Shown in pieces: positions 63,861 to 64,000 of a DNA stretch of 64,000 nucleotides (within the stretch, counting starts at the first letter, position 1; every line of letters begins with the position of its first letter). The notes under the pieces are model-generated. The model worked only from the letters and a program-made list of their open reading frames with translations. It was not told where the DNA came from and made no database searches. A program made the position numbers and the translations under genes. The DNA comes from Dehalococcoidia bacterium (GTDB lineage: Bacteria > Chloroflexota > Dehalococcoidia > Lucifugimonadales > JADFKI01). The stretch spans positions 2,596,479-2,660,478 of the forward strand of contig OZ251547.1 of the NCBI GenBank assembly GCA_965243355.1, read 5' to 3'.

Positions 63861-64000
63861 CGGCGGCGGGCAATGCGGGCGGGCGCGTGTGCGCGTAATG
63901 GCTTTGTGTGATATGATTGCGATGCGCCAACATCAGCGCCGCGCAAGGCTATGCGCGGCGATAGCCCTAAGGGGGATTTGCGCTATGGCAACCGAAACTC

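Overview
Visibly GC-rich bacterial chromosomal segment, densely coded on both strands: about 65 supportable protein genes, a five-gene tRNA cluster and one degenerate IS1-family insertion. I see no rRNA and no CRISPR array. The lineage cannot be fixed without a database search. Housekeeping content: shikimate genes (aroE, an aroK-aroB fusion, aroQ), tgt, xseA/xseB, a pepP-like gene next to efp, a family-5 peptide/nickel ABC importer, an Fe(III) ABC importer, ferritin, a DtxR-family regulator, an MFS transporter and CoA-linked enzymes. Accessory content: six Uma2/DUF820 nuclease-like genes (one tandem triple array), HicAB, two DNA methyltransferases (one fused to an HNH nuclease), tandem PaREP1/HEPN-like genes, a secreted HNH/DUF1524-Excalibur nuclease, and large surface proteins (CRTAC1-like FG-GAP/ASPIC, plant-type LRR plus PPC, RCC1 plus LRR). 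The strongest finding is a lipoprotein in which a YceI-like domain is joined to a DsbA-like thioredoxin domain across an in-frame TGA. That TGA sits exactly at the first Cys of the CxxC motif (U-I-H-C) and is followed 17 nt later by a hairpin, so it is a candidate selenoprotein. Other notable points are a low-GC islet encoding the MTase-HNH fusion plus a DUF2806-like protein, a CysO-like/NIL/threonine-synthase-like cluster, an apparently frameshifted efp with an atypical loop, palindromic operators at the iron-uptake promoter, and tRNA-3'-end duplications. Many long antisense ORFs in the track are GC-frame artefacts and are not reported.
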